NCBI GenBank assembly: GCA_051439505.1
Contig: JBFRWI010000143.1
Coordinates: 1-24,883 of the forward strand
Source: Hormoscilla sp.
GTDB lineage: Bacteria; Cyanobacteriota; Cyanobacteriia; Cyanobacteriales; Desertifilaceae
Length of the DNA: 24,883 bases
Direction of reading: 5' to 3'
Shown in pieces: positions 1-8,410 of this stretch. The notes beneath the pieces are model-generated. The model was given only the letters and a program-made list of their open reading frames with translations, was not told the DNA's origin and searched no databases. A program made the translations under genes and the position numbers. Numbering within the stretch: position 1 is the stretch's first letter; every line of letters begins with the position of its first letter.

Positions 1-503
1 TCAAACTCCAGATGAGAGGGAATGTTGGCCAAACCAGGGTATTGCAGATTATCTTCCACCAGCTTGCGAGAGCGATCGCGGTCTCGGACGCCAATTTCAT
101 CCCCAGGTTTACACTGATAAGAGGGGATACTCAGCACGCGACCATTAACGGTGACGTGACCGTGATTGACCAACTGGCGAGCACCGGGAATAGTCGGGGC
201 CATTCCCATACGAAAGACAGTGTTATCCAAACGCATTTCCAGCAGTTGCAGCAGCACTTGTCCCGAAGAACCGGTGAGGCGACGAGCCTTTTTCACGTAG
301 CGCATCAACTGCTTTTCACTCAGCCCGTAGTTAAAACGGAGCTTCTGCTTCTCCTCCAGACGAATAGCATACTCTGACTTCTTCTTCCGGGCCTGACCGT
401 GTTGACCAGGGGGGTATGCTCGTCGAGGAGTCTTGCGAGTTAAACCAGGTAAGTCCCCCAAGCGCCGGACAATTCTCAGGCGTGGGCCTCGGTATCGCGA
501 CAT
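1..503 (-). CDS. rpsD: 30S ribosomal protein S4 (3' end runs off the window)
   Basis: Not in the ORF track. Manual minus-strand translation from ATG at 503: [60 protein letters not shown]...[34 protein letters not shown], the canonical cyanobacterial S4. Confidence 0.97.
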   Translation of the reverse strand, partial: MSRYRGPRLRIVRRLGDLPGLTRKTPRRAYPPGQHGQARKKKSEYAIRLEEKQKLRFNYGLSEKQLMRYVKKARRLTGSSGQVLLQLLEMRLDNTVFRMGMAPTIPGARQLVNHGHVTVNGRVLSIPSYQCKPGDEIGVRDRDRSRKLVEDNLQYPGLANIPSHLEF

Positions 504-557
504 TTCTTTTCCTCTTGCTCAAATTTCACACAGATCTATCATTATAGGATATTTTGG

Positions 558-872
558 ATGAAATGCCAAAATTTTAGGTTTGAGATCGTGCTAGAGAGAA
601 CCAGATTAGAGGCCCAACTGACAAAGAAGCTGATTCTGCGGTTAATTAGGACCTATCGTACAGCCATCTCACCCCTGTTACCGGCGAGTTGCCGATTTTA
701 TCCGAGCTGTTCCCAGTATGCCATGACAGCTGTGGAGCGGTTTGGAGCGTGGCAGGGTTCTCAGATGGCCGTGGCGCGGATATTGCGCTGTCATCCCTTC
801 CATCCGGGGGGTTACGACCCGGTACCCGATGCTGAGGGGGCGAAAGGCGATCGGGATGCCAAAGAGAATTAA
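558..872 (+). CDS. yidD: Membrane protein insertion efficiency factor YidD; start uncertain (ATG 558 or GTG 588)
   Basis: [19 protein letters not shown]...[17 protein letters not shown] is the YidD three-Cys signature. Confidence 0.9.
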   Translation: MKCQNFRFEIVLERTRLEAQLTKKLILRLIRTYRTAISPLLPASCRFYPSCSQYAMTAVERFGAWQGSQMAVARILRCHPFHPGGYDPVPDAEGAKGDRDAKEN

Positions 873-899
873 CTTGTCTGTTATAATAGTCATCAGAAG

Positions 900-1241
900 A
901 TGAAAGTCAGGGATATAGATATGAGCAAGTTGCAAATGAAGCGAAGACCGCGTCGCATTCCCAGGTTAGTTGCACCCCGGGAAATCTCTCCCGCAGAGAA
1001 AGCGCAACGCCAAGCAGAACTAGCAGAATTCGATCGGCGTTGTTACCATATTTTTGCATCAATTAGCCCGGAATTGATGGCAGAACATTATAATTGGTTT
1101 ATTCTGATTGAACCCGAGACTGGGGAATATTTTATGGATGAAGATGAACTGGTTGCCTTCCAGAAAGCGCGTGAGAAGCACCCACAAGGCAAATTTTTCT
1201 TTTATCGTCTGAATGAAACAGGAGTCTCTGGTAGGATATGA
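900..1241 (+). CDS. Conserved hypothetical protein (DUF5678-like), coupled to the downstream protease; true start may be 921 or 936
   Basis: HYNWFILIEPETGEYF...AREKHP motif. Stop overlaps the next start (ATGA, 1238-1241). Confidence 0.65.
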   Translation: MKVRDIDMSKLQMKRRPRRIPRLVAPREISPAEKAQRQAELAEFDRRCYHIFASISPELMAEHYNWFILIEPETGEYFMDEDELVAFQKAREKHPQGKFFFYRLNETGVSGRI

Positions 1242-1600
1242 TTCAAGGTTGGTTTGATGATGTAGGTCTGTTACATTTTGAAATTGATTTGATCGCTGCT
1301 AACGGATTATCTCTGCCAGTTGATGTACTGCTGGATACAGGTTCCACAGAGTGGCTAGTAATTAATGAGCAGGATATAGAGAGTCTGGGGTGGTCTTTGG
1401 CCGGGAGGCGGACTGTGCAAATGATACAGGGTGAAACAAACCTAAATCTGTATATAGAAAAGGTAAGATTAGACGGACAAGAGTTTGATATTCCTGTGGT
1501 AGCTGGAATGGGAGTTGAAGACTATCTGTTAGGCATACCTTGGCTGCAAACCAGGCGGTTAGTAGTGGATTTCCCGGCAAGTTTGCTGACCTTGGGATAG
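1238..1600 (+). CDS. Retropepsin-like (clan AA) aspartyl protease
   Basis: Catalytic LLDTG motif and C-terminal LLGxxWL motif in a single 120-aa domain. Confidence 0.85.
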   Translation: MIQGWFDDVGLLHFEIDLIAANGLSLPVDVLLDTGSTEWLVINEQDIESLGWSLAGRRTVQMIQGETNLNLYIEKVRLDGQEFDIPVVAGMGVEDYLLGIPWLQTRRLVVDFPASLLTLG

Positions 1601-1611
1601 GGGCGATCGGC

Positions 1612-1674
1612 AGGTTCGTAGCAAAGACTAAAGTCCTTCCGTAGGTTCGTAGTAAGGACTTTAGTCCTTTGCTA
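1612..1674. repeat. Doublet of REP-like palindromes (AGGTTCGTAGTAAGGACTTTAGTCCTT), 31-bp period, between convergent genes
   Basis: Copies at 1612-1638 and 1643-1669. Each has a GTAG foot and an AAGGACT/AGTCCTT-type stem, and the two copies can also pair with each other. Confidence 0.7.
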
Positions 1675-1699
1675 ACGGCATTTTCAAGTAATAATAGAC

Positions 1700-2422
1700 T
1701 TAAGGCTGACGGAACTGTTGAACAAACGTCCCATATTCCGATGACGCCAACCCCTCTTGCAACACCGCTACAACTCTTACTAAATCACCTTCTAGCAAGG
1801 CCGGTACTGCTAACCACAAACCTGGGAAAATCTTACTGCGCAGGACTCCCTCTGCATCTGCTTGTAAAGGCACATATTCCCCTTGTGTTAACGTAAACCA
1901 ATCTAGACGCCGATCGAGCACTTGCCAAACGAGATATTCCTGCACGCCATTGCGGCGGTAAACCCTCAACTTATCCCGCAAGTCTATTGCAGCAGTACTA
2001 GCTGCTATTTCGGCAATCAATTCCGGTGCCCCGACAACATAATCATCATCGTCGATCCAGGACTGTCCCCCCACCCTTTCCTCTAATCGTAACAGGACAT
2101 CTGGCTGGGGTTCATTGTCCATATCTAAGCGTACCGTGGTATTATCGGCTAAGTCAACTCCAGGCGTTGCGATCCAGTAGCCTGATAACCATGCTATAAT
2201 CTGTGCTTGCGGTCTCCCATGACTGGCAATGCGTACTGGCGACGCCATATATACTACTCCTTCTATTAATTCCGCTTTCTTTATCTGCGGCATCGCCTGA
2301 TACCGCCGCTCGAATTCAGCCCGCGTTAGGCGATCGCCGTTCTCCAAAGGGAAGATCGATCGCCTCTCCTCTGCTGTACTCAAATGCTCTGACACTGTCC
2401 TGTTCGCCGATTTTACCATCAT
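1700..2422 (-). CDS. Uma2 family (DUF820) PD-(D/E)XK endonuclease-like protein
   Basis: LENGDRLTRAEFERRY, ELIEGVVYM, PQPDVLL, GAPELIAEIAAS, DKLRVYRRNGVQEYLVW. Confidence 0.92.
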   Translation of the reverse strand: MMVKSANRTVSEHLSTAEERRSIFPLENGDRLTRAEFERRYQAMPQIKKAELIEGVVYMASPVRIASHGRPQAQIIAWLSGYWIATPGVDLADNTTVRLDMDNEPQPDVLLRLEERVGGQSWIDDDDYVVGAPELIAEIAASTAAIDLRDKLRVYRRNGVQEYLVWQVLDRRLDWFTLTQGEYVPLQADAEGVLRSKIFPGLWLAVPALLEGDLVRVVAVLQEGLASSEYGTFVQQFRQP

Positions 2423-2566
2423 ATTCCTTTACCTTACCATCACGTTCAGTCGAACCCAATTCCCATTATATCCCGCTCGGGGACATCTTGCAAAAAAAAT
2501 AGTTGCACATCTGAAAAAGTATGCTAGACTAAGAAAATCAGCTCCAGATTTAATAGCACCCTCGCT

Positions 2567-3286
2567 ATGGGCATGTCCAAAAAACCCTATCAGCAAGTTC
2601 CCATCATCGACTGCCAAGAACCTCTGGTCCCCATACCTCTGGATATATTTGCCCTATCTTCACCCCATCCTTATCAAAAACTGGGAGCACCTTATGGAGA
2701 TAAATCCCCATTTTATCTGCGTCAAGGGGCGATCGCTAGCCTGATAGCGGCCCAAAGAGAACTGCAACAGCGTCAAGCAGGTTGGCAAATAAAAATTTAC
2801 GACGCCTACCGCCCGATCGCCGTGCAGCAATTTATGGTAGATTATAGCTTTAGGGAAATAGCACAAAAGCAGGGATTTAATCCCGGAGAACTAACCGCTC
2901 AACAGCGGGAAAATATTATAGAGATAGTATATCAATTTTGGGCATTGCCTTCCCAGGACCCAAGCAAACCGCCGCCCCATAGTACGGGTGCTGCTGTAGA
3001 TGTTACTCTCGTAGATGCGGCAAATAGAACTGTGAACATGGGTTCCCCGATCGATGAAGCTTCCCCTCGTTCCTATCCAGAACATTTTGCTAAAAGTGCC
3101 GACCCTGTAAAACAAGAGTATAATAAAAATCGCCAGCTATTGTGGGAAGTAATGACAGCAGCAGGGTTTGAACGTCATCCCAATGAATGGTGGCATTTCT
3201 CCCTGGGCGATCAAATGTGGGCCTGGTTGCGGAACAAAAAAAATCCCGATCGTCAAGTTATTGCTCGATATGGTGGGGTAACATGA
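2567..3286 (+). CDS. ddpX: D-alanyl-D-alanine dipeptidase, peptidase M15D (VanX/DdpX family)
   Basis: IYDAYRP, HSTGAAVDVTL (His/Asp Zn ligands), EWWHFS. Confidence 0.9.
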   Translation: MGMSKKPYQQVPIIDCQEPLVPIPLDIFALSSPHPYQKLGAPYGDKSPFYLRQGAIASLIAAQRELQQRQAGWQIKIYDAYRPIAVQQFMVDYSFREIAQKQGFNPGELTAQQRENIIEIVYQFWALPSQDPSKPPPHSTGAAVDVTLVDAANRTVNMGSPIDEASPRSYPEHFAKSADPVKQEYNKNRQLLWEVMTAAGFERHPNEWWHFSLGDQMWAWLRNKKNPDRQVIARYGGVT

Positions 3287-3306
3287 TATGATAAATCATT
3301 AATTTC

Positions 3307-3432
3307 GGGGGGGCATCTCACTTGAGCACGGGCGAAGCATTACCGCACAATATTTGTCGCTTTATGTCGGAATTTTATCGCCGTAATGCTTCGCCCCTAC
3401 AGTACATTGCTGCTTGCGGGAGAGATGCACCC
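3307..3432. repeat. Nested palindromic element: outer GGGGGCATCTC/GAGATGCACCC inverted ends around a REPIN-like core
   Basis: Inner perfect 14-bp inverted repeat GGGCGAAGCATTAC (3330-3343) / GTAATGCTTCGCCC (3383-3396), followed by CTAC. Outer imperfect inverted repeat at about 3309-3320 / 3422-3432. Confidence 0.7.
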
Positions 3433-3474
3433 ATCTCGGGTAACTTTTTAATCCCTTTCTCAGGGTAGAATAAG

Positions 3475-3657
3475 ATGCTGGAAATTGTCGCTATTATCAT
3501 TTTCTCGATCGCCACCTTTGCCATAGCCTTCATCTTAGGATTGATTGGCATGGCCCTAACTGGTGTTTTTTTTCTCTTGGAAGACATCCCCAGTTGGTTA
3601 TGGACAGCGGTATTGCTGACACTGACCATCGCCACCTATACTCGTTTGCGTTACTAA
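3475..3657 (+). CDS. Small hypothetical membrane protein (two hydrophobic helices)
   Basis: 60-aa highly hydrophobic ORF. Its stop overlaps the convergent tspO stop. Confidence 0.5.
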   Translation: MLEIVAIIIFSIATFAIAFILGLIGMALTGVFFLLEDIPSWLWTAVLLTLTIATYTRLRY

Positions 3658-4127
3658 GCATCTATAGGATTGAGGTGCATCATCTCCCAAGTAGCATAAG
3701 TACCAATAGGACTCCAAATCAAGTATGGTAGCAGCAGCAAAACACCCCAGTTGGAAACGGGCCAGACCGTTACGGCCAGGAGGGCACCCAACAAGCTACC
3801 CGTGGCACCGATAATTGTTCCAACTTTAAGACTGCGAAGTCGGCACATCACGGGGGTATAGGCAATGATAGCAATTTCCACTAGCATATAGAAGCCCATC
3901 AGTAACCAGGTGTTAGTAGTTCCAGGGTCAGTCTCCCAGATAACGTAAGCAGACCAAGCACCGCAAATAAAAATGAAACTCCAAATGAAAGGAATAGCCC
4001 ATTCAAAGGTTAACCATGCCGGGCGTCGCAGCCGTGCGAACCATCTGATGCCTTCACGAGTGGTTAAGTTAGCGCCCGACGCCACCAAACAGACAACTAC
4101 CGCAATTACCATCCAAGATTTAATCAT
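3654..4127 (-). CDS. tspO: TspO/MBR family tryptophan-rich sensory protein
   Basis: WFARLRRPAWL, IPFIW, LLLLPYLIWSPI; five hydrophobic segments, Trp-rich. Confidence 0.9.
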   Translation of the reverse strand: MIKSWMVIAVVVCLVASGANLTTREGIRWFARLRRPAWLTFEWAIPFIWSFIFICGAWSAYVIWETDPGTTNTWLLMGFYMLVEIAIIAYTPVMCRLRSLKVGTIIGATGSLLGALLAVTVWPVSNWGVLLLLPYLIWSPIGTYATWEMMHLNPIDA

Positions 4128-4206
4128 AGCTTTACCTTCTGTGCCCTAGTTCTCAGACTATACTTTGAAAAGAATCGACTTGCGCGAAAGAGGCATTGTT
4201 GGTTGG

Positions 4207-4376
4207 TGTCATTGCGAGGGGGATCTCGCAGCAGTAAGTCTTGTAAGCACAACTATCAGACCCCCGAAGCAATCTCCACGCGCTTGGTAGGAGATTGCTT
4301 CGGGGGGTCTTACTTCGGAGGCACAAGGATCTCTCAATTGGAACCCCCCCACGCTGCGCGAAAAATCGCAATGACA
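4207..4376. repeat. 170-bp palindromic element of the TGTCATTGCGA...GAAGCAATCTC/GAGATTGCTTC...TCGCAATGACA type
   Basis: Perfect 11-bp terminal inverted repeat (4207-4217 / 4366-4376) and an internal ~20-bp stem (4258-4277 / 4290-4310) with one bulge. Confidence 0.8.
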
Positions 4377-4494
4377 TATTGGCTGCATAAAAAAGCGCAG
4401 TTTCCGATTGTTCGCAGTATAGCACCCTTGCCCCAATGGATTTGATAAAATAGTTTGCAAACATCTTTGAAGTGACAAACCCAAGAGTATCACC

Positions 4495-4788
4495 ATGCCT
4501 ACCTACGACTATTTCTGTCCCAGCAACGATCAGAAGGTCGAAGTCATGCACAGCATCCACGATAAACTAGAAACCTGGGGCGAACTGTGCCAGTTAGCCC
4601 AGATCGATCGGGGGGACACTCCTGCCGATGCACCGGTGCGTCGGATGGTAAGCGTTCCCAGACTGATGGTGCCTGCATCTAACAACGATTACAAAAATGC
4701 AGGCTTCACGAAACTGGTGAAGCGCGATCGGGGGGTGTATGAAAATGTCACCGCCAAGGATGGAGAGGATCCTATAGTTTATCGGTAG
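4495..4788 (+). CDS. FmdB-like zinc ribbon domain protein
   Basis: N-terminal MPTYDYFC motif and C-terminal GFTKLVKRDxGVYENV. Confidence 0.8.
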   Translation: MPTYDYFCPSNDQKVEVMHSIHDKLETWGELCQLAQIDRGDTPADAPVRRMVSVPRLMVPASNNDYKNAGFTKLVKRDRGVYENVTAKDGEDPIVYR

Positions 4789-4815
4789 TAGCATCTCTCT
4801 ATCTTCAGACAGATG

Positions 4816-4844
4816 ACAGACAGTCACGTGCCCTGACTGTCTGT
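4816..4844 (+). terminator. Hairpin downstream of the zinc ribbon gene, possible terminator
   Basis: Perfect 11-bp stem ACAGACAGTCA/TGACTGTCTGT with a 7-nt loop; U-tract is poor. Confidence 0.45.
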
Positions 4845-5142
4845 TGTCAGAATAGATTTTTGCTTGGTGAGAATTTGTGTTTTTATTGAAAAATGCGTTA
4901 TAGTAAAAATCAGGAGTTACGGTGCATCTACTTATCAGATTACTCCAGTAAGGGTGGGTCATATCGATCCACCCTTATTATATCACGATCGCGCCCTGAG
5001 AGCAGGGACTGTGTGGGAGATTTCCGTAAGTCAGCGGATCCTTACCGTCAAGTATCTATTGCCGTACCGCAGCCCGACATTCGCTTTAGGATGGGCGACA
5101 TTTAATTTGCGATCGCATATAATAGGGTAACAGATAAAATTG

Positions 5143-5955
5143 GCGATCGCGCTTTTTCCGGGCCGCCTGCCAGGATGCTGCGGTCGATCGCAAGTTCGCC
5201 TCTGCCGATTTTAACTCTGCCCTTTGCTGTTGCAATTGCTTTTGGGCTTGTTGGAAATTCGCTTCTGCTTCCTTCACCTCCGCTGCGGAGGTTATTTCTC
5301 TGTCTTGTAACTCCCGTTGGGCCCGTAAACAATTCAAAATTCAAAATTCAGAATTCAAAATTGGGAAAGTCCCTCAGAACAAGGATCTCGGTGGATAGGC
5401 CTGTGCAATTTAAATGCGCGACAGCTTAAGCAATTCAAAATTCAAAATTCAAAATTCAAAATGGGGAAAGCCATTGCTAGCAATGGTTTCAGAATTTTGA
5501 TCCATGCAATTTAAATGCGCGACAGCTTAGGAGTTTTGCTGATGCTGAGGCGATCGCCCGGTTGCTGCGATCGCCTTTATCTGGGCATCGACATTTGCCA
5601 GTTGCGCTGTCAGTTGACCGATATTTCCTTGCAACTGACTCTTTTGAGTTTGCAGGCGTCCGTCATCGATATAGGCTACAATCTCATCTTTTTTTACTCC
5701 CTGAAGCCCCTCAACTTCGATACTTTTAATTGTACCCGCGATCGGGGAATGAACGAGGCGCAGTTCCCCCGCCGGACGAATGGTTCCTGGGGCTTTAATG
5801 GTGACCTTGTATTTGAGCATCGCGGAGAGGGCGATCGCCGATCCAAAGGCAGCGAACAGGACTATTCCTCCGAGAGTAGTCCAGTTGCTAATGGGAGGTA
5901 AAAATTCCTCTGGGGTAGCCGGGTGAAGAAATTCTGGATGAGATTCGTCGAGCAT
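5143..5955 (-). pseudogene. HlyD family secretion/membrane-fusion protein pseudogene (frameshifted, interrupted, 3'-truncated)
   Basis: EFLPPISNWTTLGG, a TM helix, then KYKVTIKAPGTIRPAGELRLVHSPIAGTIKSIEV. The coiled coil continues in other frames (NRAIASASAKLL, then RAQRELQDREITSAAEVKEAEAN...KKRDR). Frameshift at about 5570, 202-bp insertion at 5328-5529, and no C-terminal half. Confidence 0.88.
5328..5527. mobile_element. Two tandem 99-bp MITE-like elements, each bounded by TA
   Basis: TA(5326-27)-unit 5328-5426-TA(5427-28)-unit 5429-5527-TA(5528-29). Each unit starts with about four ATTCAAA heptamers and ends in TGCAATTTAAATGCGCGACAGCT. Removing 202 bp restores the hlyD frame. Confidence 0.8.
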
Positions 5956-6019
5956 TTTATTTACAGGAAATTATCTGTTATCATATTAATATAGCAGAAC
6001 TTGATGAGTTGATAAGGAA

Positions 6020-6886
6020 ATGAGGAACAAAAACAATCCAGCGCCCTACGATAATTTATGCAAATATCTGTGCGAGAAATACCCGGAGGCCTTTTCCAGC
6101 TGGATATACGGACAGCAGACAAAGAATGTAGAAGTGTTGAAAACGGAATTGACTATGGATCCAATTCGGGCCGACTCGGTGACATTTTTACGCACCGCCG
6201 AGCGGATATTGCATCTGGAATTTCAGCTCCAGTTGCCGCAAAGGAAACCCATGCCACTGCGGATGCTAAACTATTTTGTAAGGCTGCATTGGGACTACGA
6301 GTTGCCCGTTACCCAGGTGGTAATTTGGCTGAAACCAACAACCAATCCGGCGGTTTTTGAGACTAAGTTCGAGCTAGAATCGACTCAACACGAGTATAAG
6401 GTCATCCGCATTTGGGAGGAATCACCGGAAATCTTCTTGCAAGAGCCGGCGTTATTGCCACTGGCGACATTGGCCGCGACGGAGAATAGTTCCGCATTGC
6501 TGGGTCAGGTAGCCGAGCAGGTGAGTAAGATAGAAGAACCTGCGGAACGAGACGAGATTTCAGCTTGTACTCAGATTCTAGCAGGCTTGCGGTTTAAGAA
6601 GGATGTAATTCGGAATTTTTTCCGGGAGGAAATTATGCAGGAATCAGTGATTTACCAAGAGATCATCCAAAAAGGAATGCAGAAAGGAAAGCAGGAAGGA
6701 AAGCAGGAAGAGGCAGTAGCGATGGTTACGCGCCAACTGACTCGGCGCTTTGGTACCCTTGAGGAGAATTTGCAACAGCGCCTTCAACAGCTACCCACGA
6801 CTCAGTTGGAGGATTTGGGAGAGGCATTGTTGGATTTCTCTGAGGTGACTAATTTGGTGAATTGGTTACGGGAACGGCAGATGTAA
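6020..6886 (+). CDS. Rpn family recombination-promoting nuclease / putative transposase with C-terminal DUF4351
   Basis: YDNLCKYL, PIRADSVTFL, ILHLEFQ, MQESVIYQEI, QEGKQE repeats, QLEDLGEALLDF...WL. Confidence 0.88.
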   Translation: MRNKNNPAPYDNLCKYLCEKYPEAFSSWIYGQQTKNVEVLKTELTMDPIRADSVTFLRTAERILHLEFQLQLPQRKPMPLRMLNYFVRLHWDYELPVTQVVIWLKPTTNPAVFETKFELESTQHEYKVIRIWEESPEIFLQEPALLPLATLAATENSSALLGQVAEQVSKIEEPAERDEISACTQILAGLRFKKDVIRNFFREEIMQESVIYQEIIQKGMQKGKQEGKQEEAVAMVTRQLTRRFGTLEENLQQRLQQLPTTQLEDLGEALLDFSEVTNLVNWLRERQM

Positions 6887-6896
6887 GTTAAGAACG

Positions 6897-6914
6897 GGTG
6901 GGCGATCGCCCACC
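6897..6914. repeat. Perfect 18-bp palindrome GGTGGGCGATCGCCCACC (REP-like, HIP1-centred)
   Basis: Directly visible. Related GGTGGGC-N3/4-GCCCAC(C) copies at 9219-9238, 20113-20135 and 24740-24756. Confidence 0.7.
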
Positions 6915-7087
6915 TTGCTTGCTAAAAGTGGGGTTCCGCACGAAAATATACCACGATCGATGTTGGGTGGCGCTGGCGATCGCCCAAACCTCGGGTATGA
7001 GTGAGATAATTAATTTATTATGGAGATGGTCCCGAGGGTCGCGAGGAGCGAGAATAATATAGAATTGTACTATCAGTTTGATGGCAG

Positions 7088-8380
7088 GTGGCGGCGATGA
7101 TTGGACAAGTTTTAGATAGACGTTATGAAATTACGGCCAAACTGGCGGAGGGGGCTTTTGGCAAAACTTTCCAGGCCAAAGATAAAAAGCGCCCCGGCGA
7201 ACCTACTTGTGTGGTGAAGCAATTGAAACTTGTTTCTTCTTCTGAGGCACGACGCTTGTTTAAGACGGAGGCAGAAATACTGGAAAAACTGGGAACACAC
7301 GACCAGATTCCGCAGTTATTGGCCGATCTTGAGGAAAATGGAGAATTTTACCTGGTTCAAGAGTACATTGCCGGACATCCTTTGACTGATGAACTCAAAC
7401 CTGGCGAACCTCTCGAAGAGGCCCAAGTGATGAGTATATTGTTGGATTTGCTGGAGGTGCTGGAAGCTGTTCACGCACGGAATGTTATCCATCGGGATAT
7501 TAAACCGGATAATATTATCCGCCGGGATGGAGACAAGAAGTTGGTTTTGATTGATTTTGGGGCCGTTAAGAAGATTGTCAATCAGAGTAACCCCCAAAAT
7601 ACAATTATGATCGGGACTCATGGGTACATGCCACCTGAGCAAATGGAGGGGAAACCACAATTAAGCAGCGATGTCTATGCTGTGGGAATGGTTGCCATTC
7701 AGGCGATCGCGGGCACAGACCCGATGCAATTACCAAAAGATTCTCAGACTAACGAAGTTATCTGGCCCGATCGCGCCAAGGTAAGTCCGGAGTTGGCAGA
7801 GGTTTTGAAGACAATGGTGCGCTACGATCATCAGCAGCGTTACTCTTCGGCAAAAGAGGCCCTCGCAGCGGTACAAGCTTTGCAATCTACTACTTCTGCT
7901 AATTCTACTATTGTATCCCAAAATTCCAGCTCCAAGTTACCGGTATGGGCGATCGCCCCTATAATAGCTGTAGGGGTGTTAGTTCCAACAGTGATTTACC
8001 TGTGGCCGAAGCCGCCCGTGCCGCCCGTAGTCAAACCGCCCAAACTGGAACTGAATGGGGAAGTAGTGACTGGGGCGCTTGGTGAAGATGACAGCACCGA
8101 CCCTATCAATGAGTCCTACTCGGATGTCTATACTTTTACCGGTAGCAAGGGTGACAAGGTGGCGATCTCCGTTGCCAGCAATGATTTCGATCCTAAATTG
8201 GAGGTGCTTGATTCTCAGAAGAACAGCTTAGGAAGCAATGATGACAGAGGACCTCAGGATTCTAATTCTCTGGTTGAGGTCGAGTTGCCCGCAACTGGAA
8301 AGTATACTGTAGTTGTGACATCGTCAATGTCCGGAGAAGTTGGAGACTATTCTTTGCTGGGGGAAGTTATAAGTCCATAA
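7088..8380 (+). CDS. Membrane-anchored Ser/Thr protein kinase with C-terminal PPC (pre-peptidase C-terminal-like) domain; start may be ATG 7097
   Basis: Kinase motifs EGAFGKTF, CVVKQL, IHRDIKPDN, LIDFG, GTHGYMPPEQ, SDVYAVG. TM helix VWAIAPIIAVGVLVPTVIYLW. PPC-like YSDVYTFTGSKGDKVAISVASNDFDPKLEV...NDD...LPATGKYTVVVTS. Confidence 0.92.
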   Translation: MAAMIGQVLDRRYEITAKLAEGAFGKTFQAKDKKRPGEPTCVVKQLKLVSSSEARRLFKTEAEILEKLGTHDQIPQLLADLEENGEFYLVQEYIAGHPLTDELKPGEPLEEAQVMSILLDLLEVLEAVHARNVIHRDIKPDNIIRRDGDKKLVLIDFGAVKKIVNQSNPQNTIMIGTHGYMPPEQMEGKPQLSSDVYAVGMVAIQAIAGTDPMQLPKDSQTNEVIWPDRAKVSPELAEVLKTMVRYDHQQRYSSAKEALAAVQALQSTTSANSTIVSQNSSSKLPVWAIAPIIAVGVLVPTVIYLWPKPPVPPVVKPPKLELNGEVVTGALGEDDSTDPINESYSDVYTFTGSKGDKVAISVASNDFDPKLEVLDSQKNSLGSNDDRGPQDSNSLVEVELPATGKYTVVVTSSMSGEVGDYSLLGEVISP

Positions 8381-8410
8381 CCCCACGGATAAGGCGATCG
8401 CTACTTGACC

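Noticed and set aside
12..522. ORF-track ORFs 12..377 (+) and 331..522 (-)
   Set aside because: Antisense and off-frame shadows of rpsD.
4153..4560. Overlapping ORFs at 4153-4560, 4203-4445 and 4209-4496
   Set aside because: They cross the palindromic element and show no recognisable protein motifs.
6020..6886. Autonomous insertion sequence
   Set aside because: No terminal inverted repeats or target duplication around the Rpn-family gene; the family is not shown to form conventional IS elements.
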